32,000 bases of DNA from Phycisphaera mikurensis NBRC 102666 (GTDB lineage Bacteria > Planctomycetota > Phycisphaerae > Phycisphaerales > Phycisphaeraceae), in contig NC_017080.1 in the NCBI RefSeq assembly GCF_000284115.1, positions 1,230,001-1,262,000 on the forward strand, written 5' to 3'. The position numbers were made by a program, and so were the translations under genes. Positions 16,950-24,951 of the stretch are shown piece by piece. The notes below the pieces were generated by a model that did not search any database, was not told where the DNA came from, and was given only the letters and a program-made list of their open reading frames with translations. Every line of letters begins with the position of its first letter. The first letter of the stretch is position 1.

Positions 16950-17975
16950 TCAGCGGGGTTCGGCGAGGCGGACCCGCAGCGGGCGGTGGAGGGCGAAGGG
17001 CTCGTCGTCGATTGCGGGGCCGGCGGTGGCGGTGGCGGACCAGCCGGCGGGCAGGTCCGCCCAGGCGTGGTCCAGCGGCGGAGGCCAGGGGCGGACGTGG
17101 CCCGGGGGGAGCAGCCGGAGCTTCCGGTCGGCGGCGACGACCGACCACGGAGCCAGGCCGAAGCCGCCGACGGCCAGGATCGGCGCGTCGACGCCCTCCG
17201 GGCGGGGCGGGGGCGGGCCGGTGGAGACCACGAGGCGCAGGCGGTCGTCCCCCCGCTCCAGGTCGGCGGCGAGGGCGGCCGGTCCGTCGGGGCGGGCGGC
17301 GCCGGACTTCACGTCGCGGCGGACCCACACGGCGAGGCCGTCGTCGCCCGCGGCGGGGCGGCTGCCGGCGAGCCGGTAGCCGTCGAGCAGCGGGGTCACC
17401 GTCTGGGCAACGCCGGGCCGGGCGCCGGCGGCGGTCACCGCGTCGGGCTCCAGACGCGCCACCTCCGAAGCGAGGTCGTCGAGGCGATCCGCCCCGGCGA
17501 GGTGGGCGTGGAGGACGGTCCAGGTCGCCGCCTCCGGCGGGCCGCTCCACAGCGCCTCCGCCGCCGCCGGCCACCCGCCCCGCACGGGCACCGCCGCGAC
17601 CACGAGCAGGTTCGCCGCGAGCGCCAGCCCCGCCAGCGACGCGCTGAGCAGCCGCTTCGTCGCCAGCGCCGGCAGCAGCAGCACGAACGCGAGCAGGCCG
17701 AGGTGGAGCCGCAGCACCGAGCACCACCAGCCCCAGCCCCAGCCCCCGGACCCCGATCCGCGTACCGCCGCCGTTTCCGCCGCTCCCGCGCCGCGGTCCG
17801 CGGCTTCTCCGCCCGCTCCGCCCGCTCCGCCGGCCCAAGCCGGCCAGCCGAGGCCGTCGACCGCCGGCCACGCCGTCGCCGCCAGCGTCGCCGCCGCGAG
17901 CAGCAGCAGCACCAGCCCAAAGAGCGTCCGCTTGCGGCCGCGGCGTTCGGCGGCGGTGGGGGCGAAGGGGTTCAT
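16950..17975 (-). CDS. Membrane protein with a C-terminal domain resembling a degenerate endonuclease/exonuclease/phosphatase (EEP) fold
   Basis: Three N-terminal TM segments. ILAVGGFGLAPWS sits where EEP proteins have GDFNxxPWS, and FALHRPLRVRL where they have SDHxP. ATG 17975 is preferred; TTG 18002 is possible. Confidence 0.55.
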   Translation of the reverse strand: MNPFAPTAAERRGRKRTLFGLVLLLLAAATLAATAWPAVDGLGWPAWAGGAGGAGGEAADRGAGAAETAAVRGSGSGGWGWGWWCSVLRLHLGLLAFVLLLPALATKRLLSASLAGLALAANLLVVAAVPVRGGWPAAAEALWSGPPEAATWTVLHAHLAGADRLDDLASEVARLEPDAVTAAGARPGVAQTVTPLLDGYRLAGSRPAAGDDGLAVWVRRDVKSGAARPDGPAALAADLERGDDRLRLVVSTGPPPPRPEGVDAPILAVGGFGLAPWSVVAADRKLRLLPPGHVRPWPPPLDHAWADLPAGWSATATAGPAIDDEPFALHRPLRVRLAEPR

Positions 17976-17980
17976 GAGGG

Positions 17981-18088
17981 GCGAGCGGCTGCGCCGCGGC
18001 AAGGGAAGAAGCGAAGAATTGAAGAAGTGAAGAAGCGGGGAAGCGAAGAAGCGGGGAAGCGAAGAAGCGGAGAAGCGAAGAAGTCAGC
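17981..18088 (+). repeat. Module copy B (hairpin plus purine run) extended by five tandem 16-nt purine-rich units
   Basis: Hairpin GCGGC-tgc-GCCGC at 17985-17997. Tandem units of ~AAGCGAAGAAGCGGGG lie at 18009-18024, 18025-18040, 18041-18056, 18057-18072 and 18073-18088. Confidence 0.85.
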
Positions 18089-18100
18089 AGCGGCGCGGGC

Positions 18101-18120
18101 GCGGTCGGCGCAGCCGCCGC
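18101..18120. repeat. Central GC hairpin between the inverted module copies
   Basis: GCGGtCGGC-gca-GCCGCCGC, the same CGGCGCAGCCG core, with 8 bp and one bulge. Confidence 0.7.
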
Positions 18121-18136
18121 GTCTTGTCTGACTCTC

Positions 18137-18184
18137 TTACTTCCTCACTTCTTCGCTTCTTCGCTTGGTCGGCGCAGCCGACGC
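18137..18184 (-). repeat. Module copy C (inverted relative to B)
   Basis: TTACTTCCTCACTTCTTCGCTTCTTCGCTTGGTCGGCGCAGCCGACGC. Its reverse complement aligns with B. The hairpin GTCGGC-gca-GCCGAC lies at 18168-18182. Confidence 0.85.
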
Positions 18185-18200
18185 GCCCTGCCTGACTCAC

Positions 18201-18248
18201 TCACTTCCTCACTTCCTCGCTTCTTCGCTTGGTCGGCGCAGCCGACGC
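18201..18248 (-). repeat. Module copy D (direct repeat of C, offset 64 nt), overlapping the 3' end of the channel ORF
   Basis: 46 of 48 positions match C. The hairpin lies at 18232-18246. It encodes the last 16 codons (...APTKRRSEEVRK) and the stop of the 18201-21731 ORF. Confidence 0.85.
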
Positions 18249-21200
18249 CCCCCCCTCGCGATGAAGAACGACCTCCAACGGCTTCAACGTGTCCAAATGC
18301 ACATCCCGCTGCGGGAACGCGATGGTGATGCCCGCGTCGGCGAAGGCGTCGTCGATCGCGAGGTTCAGCTCCGAGAGGATCTGGAAGCGGCGGAGGACCT
18401 CCTTCACGAAGATGCGCAGCTCGAAATCGAGCGTGTTGTCGCCGAAGCCCATGAACAGGGCGCTCGCGGCGGGCTCGTTGAGCACGTCTTTGTGCTTGCG
18501 GGCGACCTGAATCAAGAGCTTCTGGGCCAGCCGGGTGTCGCTGCCGTAGGCGATGCCCACCGGGATGATGAGCCGGATCACCGGATTGGAGAGCGACCAG
18601 TTGATCAGCTGGCCGGTGATGAATTCCTTGTTCGGCACGATCAACTCGCGGAGGTCCAGGTCGGTGATCGTCGTCGCGCGGATGCGGATGCGGGTGACCA
18701 CGCCGGTGGTCTCGCCGATCGAGACCGTGTCGCCCACGCGGATCGGCCGCTCGAAGAGGATGATCAGGCCCGAGACGAAGTTCGCGAAAATCTCCTGCAG
18801 GCCGAACCCCAGGCCCACGGAGAGCGCAGCCACCAGCCACTGCAGCCGGCCCCAGCCCAGCCCGATCGCCGAGAGCGCGAGCAGCAGGCCCGCGGCGACG
18901 ATGACGTACTGCGTCAGCATCGTCGCCGCGTACCGCGTGCCGGCCTGCACGCTGAAGCGGGTGAGCACGAGCAGGTCGAGCAAGCCCGGCAGGTGGCGGC
19001 CGGTGGTGAAGGTGAGCACGAGCAGGGCGGCGCACAGCACCAGCTGGCCCAGCGTGACCGGCGTGGTGACGTCGACGCCGTCCACGGCCTCGGTCTGCTT
19101 GAGCAGCGGGAGCTTGACGGTGTTGAGGAACTCCAGCGCCGGGAGCAGGTCGCTCCAGACCAGGTAGAGCCCCAGGAGCAACGCCAGCCCGCAGCAGAGC
19201 TTGATCAGCTTGCCGGTCTTCTCGTTCAGCGAGAAGGGCGTGATCTGCGCGTCGCCCTCGACGGCCTGCTCGGCGATGGCGGCGAGCTGCTCGCGGGCGT
19301 CGTCCTCGCCCTCGTCGGTGTCCTCCTCGTCGTCGTCGCCCTCGATCGCGCCGGCCCGGCGGGCGGCCCGGGCGGCCTCTTTCTTCTCTTCCGCCGCCTT
19401 CTGAGCCGCGGCCGCCGCCGCCTTCTGCGCGTCCCGCTTGCGGAGCAGCTCGGCGTACATCAGCCGCCGGTGCGTCAGCCGCAGCCAGCGCAGGGCGAGC
19501 GCGTACGCGAGGACGACGGCGGTGATCAGCCACACCGTCCAGAGCAGCGCCCCCTCCAGCTGCAGGGCGCTGTAGTGGTAGCCCAGCGCCGACAGAACCG
19601 CGACCGCGAGCGGGGTCCCCACCAGCAGCGGGTACCACACGCGGTGGAAGCGGGCCAGGGGGCGGCCGGGCTCGTGCCACATCGCCGCGCCCAGTGCGCC
19701 GTGGCGGCGGAACATCAGCGCCATGAAGACGCTGACGCCCGCCAGCGTCACCAGCAGAAAGAGCCGGCTGATCAGGCGGAGGTCGACCTGCTCGAAGCCC
19801 GCGGCGTCGACCGCGGCGGCGGTGCTGGAGGTGCCCTCGGGCGACAGGAAGTTCGAGCAGAAGCGGAAGGCGGCGAGCAGGAGCCCGAGCTTGAGGATCG
19901 CCGAGCGGAGCGCCCGGCAGCCGGGCTTGGGCCAGAGGAAGTGGACCACGGCGAGCCCGTCCTCGCGGGTGATCGCCCGGACCAGCAGCACGGGTCCGAG
20001 CACCACCGCCGCCCCGACCAGGCCCGCGCCCACCTGCGCCACCACGCCCGCCTGCCCCGCCGGCGCCAGCGCCCGGCCGATGGCGAAGAGCATGAGCGGG
20101 AAGGGCAGCGCCACGAGCACCGTCGCGCCGAAGGCCCGCAGCGTGTAGCCGAAGCGGTCGCGGGCCAGGGTGCCCACCGGCTCGCCGAGCTCGCTGAGCA
20201 GCCGGCGCAGCCTCGACCGCACGATCAGCAGCACCAGCCCGAGGAGGAACAGCACCGCCTCGATGGCGGGGGGCGGCACCAGCCGCCGGCCGGCGGTCTC
20301 AACCGCGTCGGCGGGGTCCAGGCGGGTCCACCACTGCCACGCGGCGGAGGAGGCGCGGGGAAGATCGCCCAGCCCCAGGCGCCCCAGGTTCGGGGTCCAG
20401 AGCAGACGCTCGTCGAGGAAGTCGCGGTAGTCCCGCAGCGCGTCGAGGCGGTTCTGCTCCGCGGCGAGCAGGTCGACCACGTCGCTCTGCGCACGGTCGG
20501 CCGCGGCGGAGGTGGCATCGAGCAGCCGGCCATAAGCCGCGGCGAGTTCGTCGAGCCTCCGCAGCGCCGCGGCGCCCGCCGCGGGGCCGAGCGCTTCGCG
20601 GGCGGCGGCGATCCGCGTGCCGAGGTTCCGTTTGTCGTCGGCGAGGTCCAGCAGCGTGGTCGCGTACTCCGCGCGACGCTCCTGCAGCGCCCGGACGCGC
20701 TTGGCGAGCCCGGCGGGGTTCTCCAGCTCGCGCTGCCGCGCCTGGAACTGCACCCCCACCGCCTCGGTCATGCCGAACTCGACCCGCTCGCGCGCGGAGG
20801 CGAGCTGGTCGCGGTAGAGCGCGGCGTCCTCGGCCACCTTGCCGGCCTTGCCGGCGTAGGCCGCGGCTTCCTCCTCGATCTTCTGCTGCCGCTCGGCGAG
20901 CTCGACCAGCCGCTCGGCGAGCCGGCGGACCGCCTGCGGCAGATCGCCCGCGTCGGCGGCGGCCTGCCGAGCCGCTTGAGCCTGCGCCTCGGCTTCGGCC
21001 TGCCGCAGCGCCGCGTCGCGGGCGTTGAGCAGGTCCAGCGTCCGCTGGAGCCGGGCGCTGCGGACCTCCAGCGTCTCGAGCTTCAGGCGCGACAGCCGCT
21101 CCCGCAGCGGCAGCGAGGTGGCCAGGCCCACCAGCTGCTCCAGCTCGGCCTGGGCCGCCTGGAGCTGGGCCTCGCGGAGACTCCTCGCGGGGCCCTCCTC

Positions 21201-21731
21201 CGCCTCGGCGAGCAGCCGCTCGGCGTCGTCGACCGCTTCGCGGGCCGCCTCGGTTTCGGCCGCCAGGCCTTCGAGACGGCGTGTGAGGCGATCGGCCTCG
21301 GCCCGGGTGGAGACGACGCTCGCGCGGAGCGTGGCCGCCTCCGCCTCGTAATCCTCCAGCGCCGCCCGCAGCTCCCCGGGCGCCAGCGCCGCGACCGCGG
21401 CGCGGTCCAGCGGCGGCGCCGCCTCCCGCGCCGCGGCCAGCTCCGCCTCGGCTTCAGGCAGCAGCGTGCCGCGGGCGGAAGCGGCGAAGGCCACGTCGGC
21501 GTCGGTCCGCGCTTCCGAGGCCGCGCGTGCGGCCTCGGCGGAGGCTTGCTCTTCCGCGAGGTCGGGTGCGGGCGTCGCCGCGTCGGAGCTGGGCGTCGGG
21601 GCCGAGGCCGCCTCGAAGCCGGGCAGCTGGCCGGCCGCGTCCACCGCCGGGGCGGTCGGCAGCGCCGCCGACAGCAGCAGCAGCAGCAGACACGCGGCGT
21701 GGCGCCTCGGCCGGGGGCGGGAACGTCTCAC
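18201..21731 (-). CDS. Large mechanosensitive channel of the MscS family (MscK/KefA-like architecture)
   Basis: Signal peptide, about 400 aa of Ala/Glu/Arg/Leu-rich coiled-coil, about 10 TM helices, and an MscS core (GFGLQEIFANFVSGLIILFERPIRVGDTVSIGETTGVVTRIRIRATTITDLDLRELIVPN). GTG start at 21731. Confidence 0.9.
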   Translation of the reverse strand: MRRSRPRPRRHAACLLLLLLSAALPTAPAVDAAGQLPGFEAASAPTPSSDAATPAPDLAEEQASAEAARAASEARTDADVAFAASARGTLLPEAEAELAAAREAAPPLDRAAVAALAPGELRAALEDYEAEAATLRASVVSTRAEADRLTRRLEGLAAETEAAREAVDDAERLLAEAEEGPARSLREAQLQAAQAELEQLVGLATSLPLRERLSRLKLETLEVRSARLQRTLDLLNARDAALRQAEAEAQAQAARQAAADAGDLPQAVRRLAERLVELAERQQKIEEEAAAYAGKAGKVAEDAALYRDQLASARERVEFGMTEAVGVQFQARQRELENPAGLAKRVRALQERRAEYATTLLDLADDKRNLGTRIAAAREALGPAAGAAALRRLDELAAAYGRLLDATSAAADRAQSDVVDLLAAEQNRLDALRDYRDFLDERLLWTPNLGRLGLGDLPRASSAAWQWWTRLDPADAVETAGRRLVPPPAIEAVLFLLGLVLLIVRSRLRRLLSELGEPVGTLARDRFGYTLRAFGATVLVALPFPLMLFAIGRALAPAGQAGVVAQVGAGLVGAAVVLGPVLLVRAITREDGLAVVHFLWPKPGCRALRSAILKLGLLLAAFRFCSNFLSPEGTSSTAAAVDAAGFEQVDLRLISRLFLLVTLAGVSVFMALMFRRHGALGAAMWHEPGRPLARFHRVWYPLLVGTPLAVAVLSALGYHYSALQLEGALLWTVWLITAVVLAYALALRWLRLTHRRLMYAELLRKRDAQKAAAAAAQKAAEEKKEAARAARRAGAIEGDDDEEDTDEGEDDAREQLAAIAEQAVEGDAQITPFSLNEKTGKLIKLCCGLALLLGLYLVWSDLLPALEFLNTVKLPLLKQTEAVDGVDVTTPVTLGQLVLCAALLVLTFTTGRHLPGLLDLLVLTRFSVQAGTRYAATMLTQYVIVAAGLLLALSAIGLGWGRLQWLVAALSVGLGFGLQEIFANFVSGLIILFERPIRVGDTVSIGETTGVVTRIRIRATTITDLDLRELIVPNKEFITGQLINWSLSNPVIRLIIPVGIAYGSDTRLAQKLLIQVARKHKDVLNEPAASALFMGFGDNTLDFELRIFVKEVLRRFQILSELNLAIDDAFADAGITIAFPQRDVHLDTLKPLEVVLHREGGASAAPTKRRSEEVRK

Positions 21732-21786
21732 CCCGGGAAGGTACCGGTGGAGCGGGCGGCTTCGGGATCGCGGAGCGGCCGACGGC

Positions 21787-22176
21787 TCACCGGCCGAGCT
21801 TCTCGCGGATGCGGGCGATGATCTCGGTGCCCACCGCCGCCTCGCCCATCGCGCCGACCATCACGCTCACCTCCGTGCGCGTCGGGTCCTCCTGGGCCGC
21901 GTACACCTCCACCCGCGTCCGCTCCCGCGTGAAGCCGGTGATCTCGCCGTCGACGTCGGTCGCCGTCGCCGTCACCTCCTCGAGCCCCATCTCCTCGAGG
22001 ACCGCCGCCGCGGCTTCGGTGGTGTCCGCGACGGTCGACGCGACGATGGCGTACTGGCTGCCGAAGGCGCTCTTGACCCCGGGCTGGCGCGTCTGGCAGC
22101 CGCCGATGGCGGCGAGGGAGGCGAGGAGGCACCAGGCCCAGAGCGGGGCGAACAAGAAGCGGGGGGCTCGGGTCAT
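21787..22176 (-). CDS. Small lipoprotein
   Basis: Lipobox LAAIGGC after a signal peptide (ATG 22176). The 129-aa product is acidic. The longer track ORF upstream is not supported. Confidence 0.65.
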   Translation of the reverse strand: MTRAPRFLFAPLWAWCLLASLAAIGGCQTRQPGVKSAFGSQYAIVASTVADTTEAAAAVLEEMGLEEVTATATDVDGEITGFTRERTRVEVYAAQEDPTRTEVSVMVGAMGEAAVGTEIIARIREKLGR

Positions 22177-22290
22177 CGGGGGGTTCAGGGGGCGGGGCAC
22201 CGGCGGGAGGCCGGGGCGGCCGGCGTCGGGAGCGCTAGAATCGGCCGAAGCGTCGCCGCCGGCCCAGCTTCTCCCGCCCGCGAGCCCCGC

Positions 22291-22584
22291 ATGCCGTTCT
22301 GCGTCACCGAAGCCGCCCGCGACGAGCTCATCGAGATGCTCGAGCGCGTGGACGCCCCCGATTCCCGCACCGCCCGCTTCGTGGTCCGGGGGGACCGCCT
22401 GCGCCTCACGATCGACCAGCGCCGCCGCGGCGACGTCAGGGTCGACCACGCGGGCCGCACCGTGCTGGTGCTCGGGCCGGACGTGGCGGACCTGCTCGAC
22501 GGCCAGCAGCTCGACAAGGCGGACCTTGGCTCCGGTGGCCGCCTGAAGCGGCGGGGCCTGACGATCACGGCGCAGGGGGGATGA
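22291..22584 (+). CDS. 97-aa protein with a HesB/IscA-like sequence pattern but no conserved cysteines
   Basis: VTEAARDELIEMLE...ARFVVRGDRLRLTID...DHAGRTVLVLGPDVADLLDGQQLD resembles the IscA/HesB layout by eye, but the Cys ligands are absent. ATG 22291. Confidence 0.45.
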   Translation: MPFCVTEAARDELIEMLERVDAPDSRTARFVVRGDRLRLTIDQRRRGDVRVDHAGRTVLVLGPDVADLLDGQQLDKADLGSGGRLKRRGLTITAQGG

Positions 22585-22700
22585 CCCCCGGCGTTGCCGC
22601 ACGAGGCCGCGGCCGCCCGTCGCCGGAACCGATTCTCGCCGGGGCGGACGCCGGCGTGTTGCGCCAGCCGGGCGTTCAGGGTGTTCCTCCCCGGGGCGGA

Positions 22701-22913
22701 TCAGGTCGTGCCGTCCAGCGTGAAGCCCACCTTGATCGTCACCTGGTAGTGGACGACCTTCCCGTCCTGGAGGTGCCCCCGCGTCTCGACCACCTCGAAC
22801 CAGCCGAGGTTCTTCAGCGTCTGGTCCGCCCGGGCGATCGCGTTCTCGATGGCCTCCTCGATCGAGTTCTCCGAAGAGCCGACGAGTTCAACCTTCTTGT
22901 AGATGTGGTCCAT
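22701..22913 (-). CDS. Dodecin-family flavin-binding protein
   Basis: [64 protein letters not shown] matches the dodecin pattern along its full length. Confidence 0.88.
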   Translation of the reverse strand: MDHIYKKVELVGSSENSIEEAIENAIARADQTLKNLGWFEVVETRGHLQDGKVVHYQVTIKVGFTLDGTT

Positions 22914-22956
22914 GCGGGCACGCTAGCGCGTGCGGGCGCGACTCGGGTCTCGCGCC

Positions 22957-23406
22957 TCAGCGGTTCCAGTGCGCCTCGACCGCCTCGGCGGGGTCCTCGC
23001 CCTCGGGGACGAAGACCAGGCAGGCGCCGTTGACGCAGTGGCGCTTGCCGGTTTTGTCCCGCGGGCCGTCGTTGAAGACGTGGCCGAGGTGGCTGCCGCA
23101 GGCGGCGCACCGCATCTCGGTCCGACGCATCCCAAAGGCGAGGTCCTCGTGCAGCGTGATCGCGTCGGGGCGGATCTCCTCGAAGAACGACGGCCAGCCG
23201 CAGCCGGAGTGGAACTTCGTGCTCGAGGGGTACAGGGCGTTGCCGCAGGCGGCGCAGCAGTACAGGCCCGCGGCCTCCTGGTTCAGGTAGCGGCCCGAGC
23301 CGGCGGGCTCGGTCGCCGACTCCCGCAGGATCCGGTACTCGTTGGGGTCGAGCCGCTCCCGGTACGCGGCGTCGTCGGCGGGGCGGGCTTCGGGCAGGTC
23401 GCTCAT
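22957..23406 (-). CDS. msrB: Peptide-methionine (R)-S-oxide reductase
   Basis: Two CxxC zinc motifs (CAACG twice), GCGWPSF, and the active-site region GKRHCVNG. Confidence 0.93.
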   Translation of the reverse strand: MSDLPEARPADDAAYRERLDPNEYRILRESATEPAGSGRYLNQEAAGLYCCAACGNALYPSSTKFHSGCGWPSFFEEIRPDAITLHEDLAFGMRRTEMRCAACGSHLGHVFNDGPRDKTGKRHCVNGACLVFVPEGEDPAEAVEAHWNR

Positions 23407-23600
23407 GCGCGAAGGTAGGGCCCGCGCTGGGCGAAGGACACCCGACGCGGAGCGCCGCGTCGCTTGGCGGCCGGGCGTGGCAGATTGTGGCGTCGCCTCG
23501 CTGGACTTGCCGTTCCGGGTTGCCTAGAAAACGTCCAGATCGTTCAGGCCTCTGTCCCAGAAGCCCGATCCGCCGTGACCCCTTTTTTGGTTCCATCCTC

Positions 23601-24149
23601 ATGCGTACGCCCACCCGCCCCCTCGCCGCCTCCGCCCTCGCCCTCGCCGCGGGCGTCTTCGCCGGGACCGCGGCCCCGGCCGCCACGGCCGCGCCGCCGG
23701 CCGCGGACCTCGGGCACCACGAAGGCAAGCACGCGAAGAAGGACCTCGTCGGCACCGCGCTCGAGAACGGCAGCTTCACCACGCTGCTCGCGGCCGCCGA
23801 GGCCGCCGGGCTCGTCGAGACGCTCAAGAGCGAGGGTCCCTACACGCTGCTTGCGCCGACCGACGCCGCCTTCGCCAAGCTGCCGGCCGGCGCCATCGCC
23901 GACCTGCTCAAGCCCGAGAACAAGGAGAAGCTCAAGAGCGTCCTCCTGTACCACGTCGTCGACGGCAAAGCCCTCGCCGAGGACGTGAGCGGCATGTCGG
24001 AGGTCGAGACGCTCGAGGGCTCGATGGTCGAGGTCTCCACCGAGGACGGCAAGGTGATGCTCAACGACGCGACGGTCGAGGCCGCCGACGTGATGGCGAG
24101 CAACGGCGTGATCCACGTGATCGACACCGTGCTGATGCCCGAGGGCTGA
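23601..24149 (+). CDS. Secreted fasciclin (FAS1) domain protein
   Basis: Signal peptide and the FAS1 motifs TLLAPTDAAF, VLLYHVV and NGVIHVIDTVLMP. ATG 23601 is preceded by a T-rich stretch. Confidence 0.88.
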   Translation: MRTPTRPLAASALALAAGVFAGTAAPAATAAPPAADLGHHEGKHAKKDLVGTALENGSFTTLLAAAEAAGLVETLKSEGPYTLLAPTDAAFAKLPAGAIADLLKPENKEKLKSVLLYHVVDGKALAEDVSGMSEVETLEGSMVEVSTEDGKVMLNDATVEAADVMASNGVIHVIDTVLMPEG

Positions 24150-24173
24150 TCCACACCCGCCGGAGCGAAATCC

Positions 24174-24213
24174 GAGCCCGCCCGTCTCGCGACGCGGCGG
24201 GCTCGTTGCGTTT
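24174..24213 (+). terminator. Intrinsic-terminator-like hairpin after the fasciclin gene
   Basis: GAGCCCGCC (24174-24182) pairs with GGCGGGCTC (24196-24204). An inner CGTC/GACG stem has one bulged C. The hairpin is followed by GTTGCGTTT. Confidence 0.6.
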
Positions 24214-24303
24214 CCCGAGGCTCCCACCGCGTGCCGCCTCCGAGCGGATCCGCGGACCGCCGGCCTCGCGGACCAAAGACCGCGATGGTCCGCGGGATCG
24301 CGA

Positions 24304-24951
24304 TTAGGTCGCGTCGGGCTGGTTCTGCGCCCAGATCGTCACCGCCTCGGGCTGCCGGGGGTACAGCGGTCGGGCGTCTTCGGGCCGGTCGCAGCGGCCG
24401 GCGCCGACGGCGGCGCGGGCGAGGCGGAAGAGCACGGCGAGGTCGACCACCGGGGCGGCGTCGCCGTGCGGCGGGTCGGCGAGCAGCGGGCGGCCCAGGG
24501 CCCGCGCCTCGGCGAGCGGCCGCAGGCCCGGGGCGACGCCGGCGGCGGCCGTCCAGGCCGTGTCCCGCTTCACGGCGAGGGCGACGGCGGCCCCGGGGTG
24601 CGCGGCGAGCAGCGCCTCGGCGGTGGGGATGCCGGCGATCCGCAGCGGGGCGACGCCGGCCCGTGCTCCGCGGGCGAGGCGGAGGACCTGCACGGTGGCG
24701 GCGGCGACGCGGAGGCCGGTGAAGGAGCCCGGACCCCTCGCCCAGCCGACCCAGGCGAGGTCGGCGGGCACGGAGCCGGCCGCCCGCAGGAGCCCGTCGG
24801 CGGCGTGCAGCACGTCGACGTGGTGGCGGCGAGCGGGGGCGGTTCGGGCTTCGCTCAGCGCTTCGTCCCCGCGGGCGAGCCCGACCCGGGCCCCGCGGCC
24901 GCCGTGATCGATCACCAGCCCCCAGCCGTTCTCGGGCGCGGCGCCGCTCAC
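24304..24951 (-). CDS. tsaB: tRNA t6A biosynthesis protein TsaB (YeaZ family)
   Basis: GPGSFTGLRV motif and a TsaB-like length. The GTG start at 24951 overlaps the trpD stop (GTGA, 4-nt overlap). Confidence 0.8.
   Translation of the reverse strand: MSGAAPENGWGLVIDHGGRGARVGLARGDEALSEARTAPARRHHVDVLHAADGLLRAAGSVPADLAWVGWARGPGSFTGLRVAAATVQVLRLARGARAGVAPLRIAGIPTAEALLAAHPGAAVALAVKRDTAWTAAAGVAPGLRPLAEARALGRPLLADPPHGDAAPVVDLAVLFRLARAAVGAGRCDRPEDARPLYPRQPEAVTIWAQNQPDAT

Noticed and set aside
17981-18248. Possible CRISPR array or coding tandem repeat (GAAG-rich 16-mers; 64-nt and 160-nt periodicities here and at 29409-29723).
   Set aside because: The 16-mers are contiguous with no spacers, and the larger repeats have only two copies each. 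No cas genes are present. The translated repeats (KRRSEE...) appear in several frames and strands without a consistent ORF.
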